IMG/VR virus record: IMGVR_UViG_2850972752_000004
Source: an uncultured virus (IMG/VR IMGVR_UViG_2850972752_000004)
Lineage: Duplodnaviria > Heunggongvirae > Uroviricota > Caudoviricetes
Reading direction: 5' to 3' (one strand)
DNA length: 64,000 nt
In this document: piece after piece, positions 16,239-26,653 of the stretch
Position numbering within the stretch: position 1 is the first letter of the stretch
How the letters are laid out: the number at the start of each line of letters is the position of its first letter
Made by a program: the position numbers and the translations under genes
Notes under the pieces: model-generated
Told to the model about the DNA's origin: nothing
Database searches by the model: none
The model's input: the letters and a program-made list of their open reading frames with translations, nothing else

Positions 16239-16415
16239 GAAAATCTGGTTGCGCTGTTCAAAAGTAGAAAAGGCCGCGAGAGCGGCCTTGCTCTACCTAA
16301 CATCATAGGCAAACTTCATCCATATGATATCTCCGACCGCCCATGCCATAGGGAATTTATGGAAGGTTCGAAAATATTTCCGTTAAATAAAGTCTTGATG
16401 TTGATTTATTCCGTA

Positions 16416-18428
16416 TTACGTTAAGTAATTAATCGAAATAATTAGAGACTGACCTGAGACAGCAGAGTTTGGGATGGGGATACCGGAGGCGCTATAAAGT
16501 TCCAAGTGGTTTTGCTTTGCACGAACAATTCCGCTAGACAAAGAAGACGCAGCCTTATACGAAAAAATTGCTCCTCCAGCTTCCGGTCGGTTCATGGAAG
16601 CGAAAGGTAATCCACCAATTTTTGCATTCATTGTGCTTGTGGTTGTTGGGAAGGTTATTGATAAATTGGCAGTTACGCGGCGGCCTTCACGGACGTAATA
16701 AGCTGAGACTCCAGTAAATTCCAGCCCTTCTCCACTGGCATCATTTGGAGTCCATTCCCTTTCTGAGTACTCAGGCATACATAGGTTTACGGTATTTCCA
16801 TTTGCGAATAGCGCGCTAAGTGCCTGCATTTTTGTACGAAAGTTTCCGGTATTGCGCAGCATAAGATCAAGGAAGCCTAAGTTTGATGATGTTGCTTCGA
16901 TGTCGCATATACCAGAAATGCCAAGAGTAGAGTCTATTTCTATTTCAAATCGAGAAAGGCCCAGTTTTGAATATGTGTAGCCTTTAACCACTAGCCCAAT
17001 TTCTGAAAAAACACGGATATCTTTTGCGTCGAAGGTGCAGGAATGACTGCCAGTAGATGGGAAGCCATATCCAACCGGTGTGAGATCTACAACGTTGTTC
17101 ACAGATGGAGCATTAATCAAGAAGTCGCGTGCGTGCATATTGAAAAGCGTGCCGCGAAATACCGCACCGATGGCTCCATAGTCTGTAGTATTGACAAGTC
17201 GAAGCCCACTTATAGAAAGGCCGAAGCCGCGATCTCCACAGACTATGCCAGCGCCGAGAGGGCCGCTGTTTCCGGGGTATGTCAATCTTCCACAGTTGAA
17301 AAGGCTAACTCCATGAACATAGGTGTACATATTTACTACGCTGCCATTTTCAGGGTTAGCGAACTGCCCATCGCTGTTAAACGGCACATCCACGTTCCGC
17401 ATTACTACATCGTAATAGTTGATGTTTCGGGCGATTTCTACGCCGCCTGCGGGGTCCGCATGGCTATTTATACCGATAGTGCAATTTTCAATGTATGGGT
17501 TGTATATATGAATCCCATCTACTATTGCTCCTTCGAATTGAAATGCTTTACCACCTTGATGTACGTTACTGAACTTGACATTTCGTACTTTTGGGTTGTA
17601 AATTTTTATATTTTCCCCATTAATTGCATTTATTCCATTTTCATTTGGCAAATCAGAACAATCAACTTCAATGTTATATATTTCTACATCGGTAAATGGC
17701 CTTGGCATAAGGTCTTTCGTATAGCCGCCGCATACGAATCCACCTAGATTAGTGTTTGCGGTAAGCTTCCAGACAGCCCCCGGATCAAAGATGAGTTTTA
17801 GCTTGTCTGGTAGAGGGATCCAGTTATTGAAAAGGTAAGTTCCAGATGGTACTAAGACAGCTTTTCCTTGTGCTGCGGCGTAATCTAAACAAGCGATTAG
17901 ATTGTTGTGGTCTTCGGTAGTATTATCGCCCTTTACAGAATATGGGGCGTCTTTGATATTTATAATGTCATCTAGGCGTGATTTTATGGTTCTCCCTCTA
18001 TAACCCACCAAAGCTGCCCCTTTGTATGGGTCTGTAGCATTGGAAATGTCCTGACGTAGAGACTGGTCCGCCTGAGCAACAAGGAGATCCTGATCGGCTG
18101 CCCAGTTTCCGGTCAGATTGACGGGAAAATCTGCTGGGCGCTTGACGCTGTAGAGATTTCCGTCACGCTGGATCAGTTGGGTCGGGCGGTCTACGGTCAG
18201 CGGTGAGCCGTCGACATATTCAAGGAAGCCTGGCTCGAATCCTTGAGCATCCAGCCAGTCATTGAACTGCTCTTCATACCCCTTCATCGTTGGGCGACTA
18301 ACGCCGAAACGATCATTCCACGTGGTGTTCACCCGGTCGTTCATCGCCGCGTCAAAGCTCTCGGCGTTGTCGTACAGATCACGCGGGTCTTTGGAGCCCA
18401 GCGGGTTACCGGTGGCGTAGGTCGTCAT
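16416..18428 (-). CDS. tailspike / putative polysaccharide depolymerase
   Basis: Anchor MTTYATGNPLGSKDPRDLYDNA, then a GD...D....I..A...VPSGTY beta-helix entry motif; AT-rich C-terminal three quarters. Confidence 0.8.
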   Translation of the reverse strand: MTTYATGNPLGSKDPRDLYDNAESFDAAMNDRVNTTWNDRFGVSRPTMKGYEEQFNDWLDAQGFEPGFLEYVDGSPLTVDRPTQLIQRDGNLYSVKRPADFPVNLTGNWAADQDLLVAQADQSLRQDISNATDPYKGAALVGYRGRTIKSRLDDIINIKDAPYSVKGDNTTEDHNNLIACLDYAAAQGKAVLVPSGTYLFNNWIPLPDKLKLIFDPGAVWKLTANTNLGGFVCGGYTKDLMPRPFTDVEIYNIEVDCSDLPNENGINAINGENIKIYNPKVRNVKFSNVHQGGKAFQFEGAIVDGIHIYNPYIENCTIGINSHADPAGGVEIARNINYYDVVMRNVDVPFNSDGQFANPENGSVVNMYTYVHGVSLFNCGRLTYPGNSGPLGAGIVCGDRGFGLSISGLRLVNTTDYGAIGAVFRGTLFNMHARDFLINAPSVNNVVDLTPVGYGFPSTGSHSCTFDAKDIRVFSEIGLVVKGYTYSKLGLSRFEIEIDSTLGISGICDIEATSSNLGFLDLMLRNTGNFRTKMQALSALFANGNTVNLCMPEYSEREWTPNDASGEGLEFTGVSAYYVREGRRVTANLSITFPTTTSTMNAKIGGLPFASMNRPEAGGAIFSYKAASSLSSGIVRAKQNHLELYSASGIPIPNSAVSGQSLIISINYLT

Positions 18429-18488
18429 GCAAATTCTCCGGGCATGAAAAAGCCCGCTCTATGGCGGGCTCTGGGTTTTTGTGTGCGG

Positions 18489-21218
18489 TCAGTTGGGGGC
18501 GCTGGCGTTGTCGAAGGTGTAGACCCTGGGGTCGTAGTTCACCGCTCGGACGGACGCCGCGGTATTGCCTTTGGGGTCTATGGAACTGATCAGGGCCGGG
18601 TATGGATTTCCCAGCAGTAGGTGCGGCGGTTCGATTTCCCAGGAAACATCGGGGACGAAATCGATACTGGGAATGCTCAGCCGGTAGTCGTCGATCCGAG
18701 ATGCCGGGTATCCGCCGGAAACCGTTCCGTCTGGGCGGCGCAGATACAGCGCTGGAGAGCTCAGCAGCGACCAGTCGAGCGGCTCGCTGGACTCGATCAG
18801 AACCGAGTTTCCCGAGGTCACGAACGATTTCAGATATGCGCTCTGCGCCAGTCCTGGGCCGGGAACATCGCCGGCAAGGGCCACATAATCCCAGAACTCG
18901 CTGTTCATCGCGTCTAGGCCGGTATCGAACGAATACTCGGTTCTCCGGCATCGCTGAGCCATCCGGCGGCGCATCCCGTAGCGCCAGGCGCGATCGCGGT
19001 TTGTGACACCGACAGCCGTGATCTTCTCGACCTTCCTGCCAACATCGCCGGGCAGACGGCACTGGACGGTATCGTCGATCCAGCCGTTGGCATTGACGAA
19101 CTCAACATCGACTCCGTCATAGTCGTCCTCAGACGGAGCGCTGATGCTGATCCTCAGCGGACCATCCATGTTCTGCGGCGAGTACATGTGCCCGAATGTT
19201 GTCCTTGGCTCGTCTCGGGCAGCAGAGATCACGCCGCGCTTAATGGTCTTCTCCGCATACCCGGCTGCAAGCACGTCATCCATTATCTGCGCGACCGTGA
19301 TCTTGCCGTCCTCGTAGATCATGTCAAACGTGTCGCCGCGGGCCTTCCAGATGGCGTCCAGCCGATCCAGTTCTTCGAGATCGAGATCCGCATCGGTATA
19401 GCCGCGCTCCTTCGCGATGTAGCAGAGGAACGGAACGATGTCTCGCGTTGCGATCTCGGGTGTCCATGCACCGTTCTGCCGAGTCGGTAGCATGCGGGTA
19501 GCCTCTACCGAGACGCGGCTTTCTGTCTGCGCCGCGATACGGTCAGACGACCGATACCGGACAGCCATTACCGTGACGCCGGCGTAAGACGATGGAGCCT
19601 GGAGGCGCGCGCGCATCCCGTACCACTGGGTGCGGTCTCGGTACTCGGATGTTGAGTTGCCGCCCTGGTTGACGAACACTTTTCGAATGCGAAATTCGGG
19701 TCGCATCATGTACGGCAGCGATATGCCGTCGGTGAACCCCTGCTGATCAAGAGAACTTCCTGCATGGTTCTTGCTGACCGTCGTCCATGCGCCACCGACG
19801 GCCATGTCTCGCCACTGAATGTCGTAATAGGTGCGGATCTGGTAGATCTGCCCTTCCCTGCCGACACCGCACAGGCCTTCCGGGCAGAACACGTCGATCT
19901 CGACGAAGTTCGTTTTCTCCGATACAGGGCACGCTGGGAAGGGACCGCGCCAGCCCCCTTCTAGGCTGGTGGGATCGATGGTGACGCGGGACGTGGACGA
20001 GTTGAGCGCGGTAAAACCAGGCCAGTCAACATCGACACCACCCGCGCTGGTCAGCCGCTCGACGGTGAGTTGCTGCGCGCTGTACGCCGTGATCCGATAG
20101 CGCAGGCCACGCGGGCCGATTGCTGCACTGCCGGAACCGGTCTGCAACGCATTGGCCGGCGAACCGTTGCTGTAGTTGAGCGTCATCGACGTGGATGCGA
20201 TGTCGTTCACCAGGTAAAGGCCGCCGTTGGTGCCGACCACCTCGATCTCGTCGCCGATATCAAGCCCCAATTGAGCGATGTCACCGGTCACGACATCGCG
20301 GTCAGAGCCGCCGCCATCGTTCACCGAATAGAGGTACATCGACTCTACGCGCAGGATCGTGCCCGCAATCCAGTCGGAGGGGAACGACCCGGCGCCGGCT
20401 GAAATGATGATGTTCGTTCCGGAAAACGTGAACGTAGTTGCCGACGGGTTCGGGGTGAGATTGGAACTCTCAGTCAGGTCCAGGCCGGCGTTACCGGTTG
20501 AACTCGCGCCAACCTCTTCGACGAGATGCCACCAGATCGATGCAGGGTGCCCGCTGACGTTCTGCCCTGGCTCGAAAATCTGGAACGAGGCATCGGCGCC
20601 CAGCGCCAGGAACGACGTGTCACCGATTTTCGCTGCTCCTTCGGCGATCTGGAACCGACCACGGCCAATACACAGGAGCATTTCGGTCCACTGCTCACGC
20701 GGACCGGCGAAATACTTCCTGGGCGGTAGGATGTAGTCGGGATAGATCAGGCGGCGGCCAGCGACTTCGCGGATCGCATCGCCGAGTTTTACCTTGTTCC
20801 CGCGCGCGCTGGTTTCAGAGAGCGACGCGCCCTGCCCGGGGTTCGTCGGCATGCCGGGCAATTGAGGCATGAGCATCCGAAAAACCGATTGCGCCCCCTT
20901 GAAAAGGGCCGCAGTAATCGTGAACGGATCAGTCCCGCGCGGGAGCTTATAGATCCTCACAATGTCGCCGCGATCGATGATGCGCTCGGCCCACTCACCG
21001 GGATGGATGAACTCCTCATGGGCCTTTTTTTGCTTGTCGGTCAGGTCACCGCAGAGCGCAACCTCGGCGGGGACGACACCGATGGAGAACGGGTGAACGT
21101 CGTGGCAGCGGTACCCAGGCGAATTCGCAGTCAGCCACGCATGGATCGTCATCCTGCGGCCGATCGGATGCCGCTCCAGCGGTTCTCCGTCAAGGAGCGA
21201 TGGGTGGATTTCGATCAC
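18489..21218 (-). CDS. tail tip / hub protein (second large tip protein)
   Basis: ~909 aa from GTG; LGDAIREVAGRRLIYPD, AWRYGMRRR; follows the NlpC/P60 gene. Confidence 0.8.
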   Translation of the reverse strand: MIEIHPSLLDGEPLERHPIGRRMTIHAWLTANSPGYRCHDVHPFSIGVVPAEVALCGDLTDKQKKAHEEFIHPGEWAERIIDRGDIVRIYKLPRGTDPFTITAALFKGAQSVFRMLMPQLPGMPTNPGQGASLSETSARGNKVKLGDAIREVAGRRLIYPDYILPPRKYFAGPREQWTEMLLCIGRGRFQIAEGAAKIGDTSFLALGADASFQIFEPGQNVSGHPASIWWHLVEEVGASSTGNAGLDLTESSNLTPNPSATTFTFSGTNIIISAGAGSFPSDWIAGTILRVESMYLYSVNDGGGSDRDVVTGDIAQLGLDIGDEIEVVGTNGGLYLVNDIASTSMTLNYSNGSPANALQTGSGSAAIGPRGLRYRITAYSAQQLTVERLTSAGGVDVDWPGFTALNSSTSRVTIDPTSLEGGWRGPFPACPVSEKTNFVEIDVFCPEGLCGVGREGQIYQIRTYYDIQWRDMAVGGAWTTVSKNHAGSSLDQQGFTDGISLPYMMRPEFRIRKVFVNQGGNSTSEYRDRTQWYGMRARLQAPSSYAGVTVMAVRYRSSDRIAAQTESRVSVEATRMLPTRQNGAWTPEIATRDIVPFLCYIAKERGYTDADLDLEELDRLDAIWKARGDTFDMIYEDGKITVAQIMDDVLAAGYAEKTIKRGVISAARDEPRTTFGHMYSPQNMDGPLRISISAPSEDDYDGVDVEFVNANGWIDDTVQCRLPGDVGRKVEKITAVGVTNRDRAWRYGMRRRMAQRCRRTEYSFDTGLDAMNSEFWDYVALAGDVPGPGLAQSAYLKSFVTSGNSVLIESSEPLDWSLLSSPALYLRRPDGTVSGGYPASRIDDYRLSIPSIDFVPDVSWEIEPPHLLLGNPYPALISSIDPKGNTAASVRAVNYDPRVYTFDNASAPN

Positions 21219-21597
21219 GGTAGAAGACCACCTTGGAATATTTGTCGGAGAACTTCTGGAGCGGAGTGAGCGACACCCCGCTTCCCGGGTTGATTTCGAG
21301 AACCCGCAGGCGTCCATCTACCTCGACCAGCAGGCCTACGTGATCGAGCAGACGCCCTCTATAGGCCGCGGCGATGACCCCAGGTCCTGGCTCGCATTGC
21401 TCGAGCGCGCGCTGGATCTCCATATCGCACGCCCGCTGCATCGAAACCGGGGTGAGTCGCGTGACACCACCGAAGTCGGTCAGCATCGGCAGTCCGAACA
21501 GCTCAACCCGCGCTATGAGCGTCAGGCCCCAGCAGTCCAGGCACGGCAGGGCCCGCCCGCCCTCGGTATAGATGGCGGTGAGGTATCTGTTCGGCAT
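21190..21597 (-). CDS. NlpC/P60 tail assembly protein (gpK-like)
   Basis: GGR....LDCWGL...HVG. Confidence 0.85.
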   Translation of the reverse strand: MPNRYLTAIYTEGGRALPCLDCWGLTLIARVELFGLPMLTDFGGVTRLTPVSMQRACDMEIQRALEQCEPGPGVIAAAYRGRLLDHVGLLVEVDGRLRVLEINPGSGVSLTPLQKFSDKYSKVVFYRDRNPPIAP

Positions 21598-21601
21598 GGG
21601 A

Positions 21602-22093
21602 TCAGGGCCAGTATTTGAGGCCAGGGAACTCGCTAACGTTGTAGATGTGGCGCAGCGCGGCGGTGTTGATGAGGTCGTAGTAGCCGGCTTCTACCTGGAC
21701 AGAGAGGCTTTCGAAGTCGACCCCTTTCACGCGCATCCGATACGGCCGCTCGGCCGGCGCAGTCAGGTCGCTTTCGAGGTAGATTCGCAGGACAAGCGTG
21801 ACCGGCTCTCCGGCGTCGATGGCCTCGGCAATATATTGCTGAGCAAAGCCAGTCACGTTGTCGATCGCAAAGCCAACGTTCTGGTTCCCGCTGTTGTCGC
21901 GCTTCGGGATCGAAACGTCGATAGCGCCAGCGATGAACGTCAGCAGCCGCCCGTCTTCGGTCATGCAGGTGATGTCGTCATAGCCCTGGCAGATGAGGAT
22001 AGGCTCGGGCCACGCCGGGCATGACAACTCGATCGTGGCGAGCTGCAGGTCCTCACCGCCTGAGGCATAGAACCGCTCAAGAGCCGTCGCCAT
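21602..22093 (-). CDS. minor tail protein (DUF1833-like)
   Basis: YAS......TIEL..P.W, AIDNV, FPGL; position after the distal tail gene. Confidence 0.8.
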   Translation of the reverse strand: MATALERFYASGGEDLQLATIELSCPAWPEPILICQGYDDITCMTEDGRLLTFIAGAIDVSIPKRDNSGNQNVGFAIDNVTGFAQQYIAEAIDAGEPVTLVLRIYLESDLTAPAERPYRMRVKGVDFESLSVQVEAGYYDLINTAALRHIYNVSEFPGLKYWP

Positions 22094-22544
22094 GTCGAGG
22101 CCACTCCCTGTTCATCGCGATGTCGAAGATATCCGCGAGGAGGATGTACTCGGGCAGAATCTCGGCCCACCCAGGATCGATGATCGAGCGCTCTCGCATC
22201 ACGACGGTTGCGTTGAAACGCCAGTGGTCGCGCCCGACGAGATAGCCACCGTCGTAGATCCCCTCGAAGTGCAGGTTGCACGGAACGATTCCTTCCTCCG
22301 TACGCAAATCGCACTCGAACCACTTGACGCCATCTTTCAGGACGTCTCGGTACCACCCTTTGAACAGCCGAGCCTGCTCAGCAGTGAACAGCCATGAAAC
22401 CTCCAGCGCGACCGGCACATTGCTGAAGTTCCGCCTGTAGCGTGCCCGGCCGCTCTGGAGGGACGTCCTGGCCATAGGCTCTACCGTCTTGAAGCCGTAC
22501 CCCTCCCTGAGCGGGAAGGGAAGGCCATCAGGCCATTTGATCAT
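22077..22544 (-). CDS. distal tail protein
   Basis: WP..LP.PL..GY, RT...SGRARYRR, L.DG..WF; immediately after the tape measure gene. Confidence 0.8.
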   Translation of the reverse strand: MIKWPDGLPFPLREGYGFKTVEPMARTSLQSGRARYRRNFSNVPVALEVSWLFTAEQARLFKGWYRDVLKDGVKWFECDLRTEEGIVPCNLHFEGIYDGGYLVGRDHWRFNATVVMRERSIIDPGWAEILPEYILLADIFDIAMNREWPRHGDGS

Positions 22545-25030
22545 CGCCCTGCCCTCTTGAATCCATAGGCGCCTTCGATTGCTTTCGGGTAAAGCCCCTG
22601 GCCGGACGAAACCTTGTTGGCAAAGTCCTGCTCGACCGCATCGAGAGTTACCCGCAGGTTGTTCCCGTCCATGGTGGCGGTGGCGGAAACCGGAGGACCG
22701 TTGTTGATGATCTGCAGGCTGATCTGCGGCGAGCCCTGCGCGGTGGCGTCGCCGTTGCTGATCACCTCGCCTCGCGTATTCGGCAGCATGTACTGCCGGC
22801 CATTCGCAGCCTGGAACACCTCTGGCGCGCCGTTCTCGTTGATGCGGTACATGCCACCAGCCCCTACGGGGCCTCCGTACTGTCGGCCACCAGCGAACAT
22901 GCCAAGCATCGCCGGGATAGCGGCCGCCATTGCGGTAAGGCCAGCCGTTGCCGCCCCACCGAATGACGCAACCGAGGCGGCAGCGGCGGCTGGCGCGTAG
23001 GCAGAAGCCATAGCGGTGCCGGTCGCCGCGGCTGTCGTCGCCGCAGCCGCCTGCTGGGCCTGCCCCATGATGAAGTTCTTCGCCTGTTCGATACCGACCT
23101 TGACGAGGGCGCCCACGACCTGGTTCAGCATGGCTCCGGCCAGTTGTCGCATGGCATCGGCACCGTTGTTCGCCCCGGTTATCAGCCCAGTCAGAGCGTT
23201 CGTGCCGGCCTGCTGCACCTGATCCAGCGTTGCCATGATCATCTCGTTGCCGGCAGCCTGGCGGCGGAATCGTTCCTCCTCCAGTTGCTTCATCGTGGCA
23301 TCGTGCTGTTGCTCGGCCTGCGCCTTGAGTTCCAGGTAGCGCTGGTCCTCGAGCAACTTGGCCTCGTTCAGCTTTTTCAGATTCTCCAGTTCGGTCTGGT
23401 AGCGCTGGTCTTCGCCGGCGATAGGGTCCATTTGCCCCAGCAACTGCTTGTTGGCTTCGACCTGTTGCGCTTCGTACAGAGCTGCGGCGAGCGCGCGGAC
23501 CTGGGCGACCTGCTCCGGCGTGGCGTACTCGTTGAGTTGAAGTTCAGCCTGGGTCTGCATCAGTTCCTTGCCCTTCAGGCCGACAAGGGCAAGTTGCTGG
23601 CCAAGGCTGGCAATGGCGTCGATGTTTTCCTTCTGCGCCTGGGCAAGTTCCTGAGCGGCCTTCTTGGCTGCCTTCTGCGCCTCGGTGAGCTTCTTCGTGC
23701 CTGCCGTGGCAGCGGCCTCGGCGTTGACGGTACCGGTCTTCCCGCCCGATTTACCCTGGGGAGACGGTGACTCTACGTTCGGCACAACTACCGGGGGCGT
23801 CTTCTCCTGGTCCTTGTAGAACTGATCGATCAGCGCTTGCGTTGCGGCGATGTTGGCCTTGATTTCGTCCTCGCTGAATAGCGCAATCGCCTGCCCTTTC
23901 CCGCCGATGCGCAGGCGCTTAAGCGGGTTGGCCAGCATCTCCTGGTAGGTGTTGAGCTGGTCCTCCAGGCGGACAATGTCATCAGACGCTGCCCCGTGCA
24001 GTGCTGCGGCAATCCCCTCAGCCGCCCATTTGACGATCCGAACGGTTTCTTTCGCGCCGGCGATGATCTGGTTGAGGGCGCTTACCACCCCTGCGGCCAG
24101 GTCCTGGGCGGCACGAATGGTCTCGGGGTCCTGCAATGCATCCGCGAGTTCGGCGATGTTGCTGGTCAGAATCTGGCTGGCGCCGCTCGACTCGTTCACC
24201 TTGCCGATGAACACCGTCATGCTGTTGCGCAGCTTGGTAAACGAGTCTGCGACCGATGTTTCCATCTCATCGGCCAGCGCCTTGTTCTCGTCCCGGGTTC
24301 GGCGCAGCCCTTCGTTCAGTGCCTCGACAGACAGCTTCCCGCTGGCGCCCAACTGCCGGATTTCAGCCTGGGTCCGGCCGGTAGCCTCGGCGATGCCTTC
24401 GACGATCGACGGAGTCGCGGCCATTATCGAGGCCCAGCCATCAGCCTCGACCTTGTTCTTCATCAACGCCTTGGACCACGCATCCATGGCGGTGGTGGCC
24501 TGGTCGGCGCGCGCGGCGTCGCGAACCAGCGCGTAGGAGAACGAGTCAGTGATGTCCAGAACGTCGGACGTGGTGTAGCCGAGATCCCGGAGCGTGTCAG
24601 CCGTAGCCAGGTAGACCTCTTGAGCCTCGCTCAGCGCCCGGAAGGTGCCGTTGGCGGTCTGCAACAGCCGCTCCTGCACCATGGCGTACTCTTCGGCGCT
24701 GCTGGTAGCGTTCCGAATGCGCGAGGCCATCTGGCCGTACTGGTCGGATAGTTCGATGACCGACTGGAGCGTCCGGAGCGAAAGGTAAGCAGCAACGACC
24801 CGGGTCAGCCCGCTGTATGCCGAGGTCTGGGCGCCGATCTGCTGGTTGGCCTGCCGCACAGCCCCTGCCACTCTGGTCATGCGGGTCTGCAACTTCCCAG
24901 CAGTCGCATCGGTCCGCTGCATAGAACCCTGCATGCTGTCCAGCGAGCGATCGGCGGCGTTCGCACCGTTTACGAGGCTGGAGGTATCCGCCTCGACGGT
25001 GTAGTAGATGCTGCCGACATTCTCAGCCAT
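22541..25030 (-). CDS. tail tape measure protein
   Basis: 829 aa, Ala-rich and helical; MAENVGSIYY start, GGPV..G..Y..NENG.PE motif. Confidence 0.92.
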   Translation of the reverse strand: MAENVGSIYYTVEADTSSLVNGANAADRSLDSMQGSMQRTDATAGKLQTRMTRVAGAVRQANQQIGAQTSAYSGLTRVVAAYLSLRTLQSVIELSDQYGQMASRIRNATSSAEEYAMVQERLLQTANGTFRALSEAQEVYLATADTLRDLGYTTSDVLDITDSFSYALVRDAARADQATTAMDAWSKALMKNKVEADGWASIMAATPSIVEGIAEATGRTQAEIRQLGASGKLSVEALNEGLRRTRDENKALADEMETSVADSFTKLRNSMTVFIGKVNESSGASQILTSNIAELADALQDPETIRAAQDLAAGVVSALNQIIAGAKETVRIVKWAAEGIAAALHGAASDDIVRLEDQLNTYQEMLANPLKRLRIGGKGQAIALFSEDEIKANIAATQALIDQFYKDQEKTPPVVVPNVESPSPQGKSGGKTGTVNAEAAATAGTKKLTEAQKAAKKAAQELAQAQKENIDAIASLGQQLALVGLKGKELMQTQAELQLNEYATPEQVAQVRALAAALYEAQQVEANKQLLGQMDPIAGEDQRYQTELENLKKLNEAKLLEDQRYLELKAQAEQQHDATMKQLEEERFRRQAAGNEMIMATLDQVQQAGTNALTGLITGANNGADAMRQLAGAMLNQVVGALVKVGIEQAKNFIMGQAQQAAAATTAAATGTAMASAYAPAAAAASVASFGGAATAGLTAMAAAIPAMLGMFAGGRQYGGPVGAGGMYRINENGAPEVFQAANGRQYMLPNTRGEVISNGDATAQGSPQISLQIINNGPPVSATATMDGNNLRVTLDAVEQDFANKVSSGQGLYPKAIEGAYGFKRAGR

Positions 25031-25647
25031 CAGGGTGCTCCTTTCGCCCGCGCCTTGCGCTTGGCCTCGATCTTGTCGAACCACTCCATCGTCGCGTCAT
25101 GCTCTGCCGCGGTCGGGGCTCTGGCGCCCGGAGCGTTCGATTCGGTTGGGGGGTATTTCGCGCGCAGAGCGCCGATCAGGCCGGTCATGGTCATGGACCA
25201 GGCTTCGCGCTCGCTCAGCCCCAGGTGCGCTATCGCCGTCGCGACGTACTCCCGTGCAACGAACTCCCCCGAGTAGTTCGGCTCTTCGTCGTGTCGCCGG
25301 GGTAGCGGCGGAAGCGCTCCTGTGACGCCGTGCTTCAGCAGGCAGCGCGCGAGGGGTACAAGGTGCTCGACGTTCGCAGTTCCTGGCCGGTAGACAAGAT
25401 CCTGGTCGTAGTAGCCAAACACGTCGGACAGGTCCTGCTCACTACACGCCACCACCACGGCCAGGGCGTCGGCGAACTGGTCCGCCTGATGCTTCTCGGT
25501 GATCGGGTCGCTCATGACGCGCGCGAAGACGTCGACAATCTCGGCCGGCGTACCGAGCTGGGTCATGGCGTACAGGGACGGCCGCAGGAGAAAGCACTCC
25601 CCCGAGGCCGTGTGTACGCCTATCTCACCGATCTCGGTGAGGATCAC
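25030..25647 (-). CDS. tail assembly chaperone
   Basis: Between the tail tube and TMP genes; HLGLSEREAWSMTMT. Confidence 0.75.
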   Translation of the reverse strand: MILTEIGEIGVHTASGECFLLRPSLYAMTQLGTPAEIVDVFARVMSDPITEKHQADQFADALAVVVACSEQDLSDVFGYYDQDLVYRPGTANVEHLVPLARCLLKHGVTGALPPLPRRHDEEPNYSGEFVAREYVATAIAHLGLSEREAWSMTMTGLIGALRAKYPPTESNAPGARAPTAAEHDATMEWFDKIEAKRKARAKGAP

Positions 25648-26639
25648 GGTGCAGTAACGGTTACCGGAACGGTCACGCTCACCGACGGCCGCGCCGCACT
25701 GGTGATTTTCACCGTGGTGGTACCGACATCAACACCGGTCACCAGGCCGGTAGAGCTCACGGTAGCAATCGCCGGCGCCGCACTTTCGTAGACCAGGCCG
25801 GGAGCCGCACCAGTCGGGGATACAGCGGCGGTCAGTTGCTGGGTGGCGCCTTCGGCGATCGAGACGGAGGTCGGCGAGACGGTAATGCCCTGCACCAGCG
25901 GGATGACCGTGACGGTTGCGGCATCGGTGACGCCCGGGGCAACGCTGGAAGCAGCGGTGATCGTGACGGTGCCGGCCGACAGCGCGCTCACCTCGCCGGT
26001 AACTGCGTTCACCGCGGCCACGGTCGGCGCACTGGAAGTCCAGCGCAGGCCTTGCGGAGCGCCAACAGGCAGCACGACGCCCTCGAAGTTGAAGCCCTCG
26101 CCAACGGTCAGCGAAAGAGTCTCCGGCACGACCTGAATGCTGGTCGGGTCCGGAGCATCCGCGTCAGGGGTGTCCTCGACGATCAGACCGAAGTCGGAAG
26201 CGGTCGCCGAAGCCTCGAAGCTGTAGGTGGTGACATCGTCGTACGGCGCGGAGCGACTGAGGTTGCTGATGAGCATGAATGCGGTGAAGGTCAGGTCCGG
26301 GAAGGTCATGCGCATCCAGACAACAGGCTGTCCGCCGGTCGCGTCCGGCTTCACGACATGCTTCGTCAGGTCGATCAGGTTCTGCGCGCCGGCACCGGAG
26401 GCCTTCACGGTACCGTCACCGGAAATGGTGAGCGTCTGGAAGCTGGCCAGGTTCTCCCGCAGTGCGCCAACCGAGTCGGAATCAGTCGCGTCGATGGTGT
26501 CCCACTCGGCGGTGAATTCCTTCGTGCGGAGCGACCCGAAACGGCGCCAGTCATTCTCCGCCGGCAGCGCATCGCCGCACCCGATGTAATACTCGAGCAC
26601 GACGTCGCGGCCCGGAAATTTGAGCTTCTTGCAAGCCAT
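25644..26639 (-). CDS. major tail tube protein with two Ig-like domains
   Basis: Tube-like N-terminus; two WTSS.P.VA.V..G.V Big_2-like repeats. Confidence 0.88.
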   Translation of the reverse strand: MACKKLKFPGRDVVLEYYIGCGDALPAENDWRRFGSLRTKEFTAEWDTIDATDSDSVGALRENLASFQTLTISGDGTVKASGAGAQNLIDLTKHVVKPDATGGQPVVWMRMTFPDLTFTAFMLISNLSRSAPYDDVTTYSFEASATASDFGLIVEDTPDADAPDPTSIQVVPETLSLTVGEGFNFEGVVLPVGAPQGLRWTSSAPTVAAVNAVTGEVSALSAGTVTITAASSVAPGVTDAATVTVIPLVQGITVSPTSVSIAEGATQQLTAAVSPTGAAPGLVYESAAPAIATVSSTGLVTGVDVGTTTVKITSAARPSVSVTVPVTVTAP

Positions 26640-26653
26640 GTCTGGCCTCCTGA

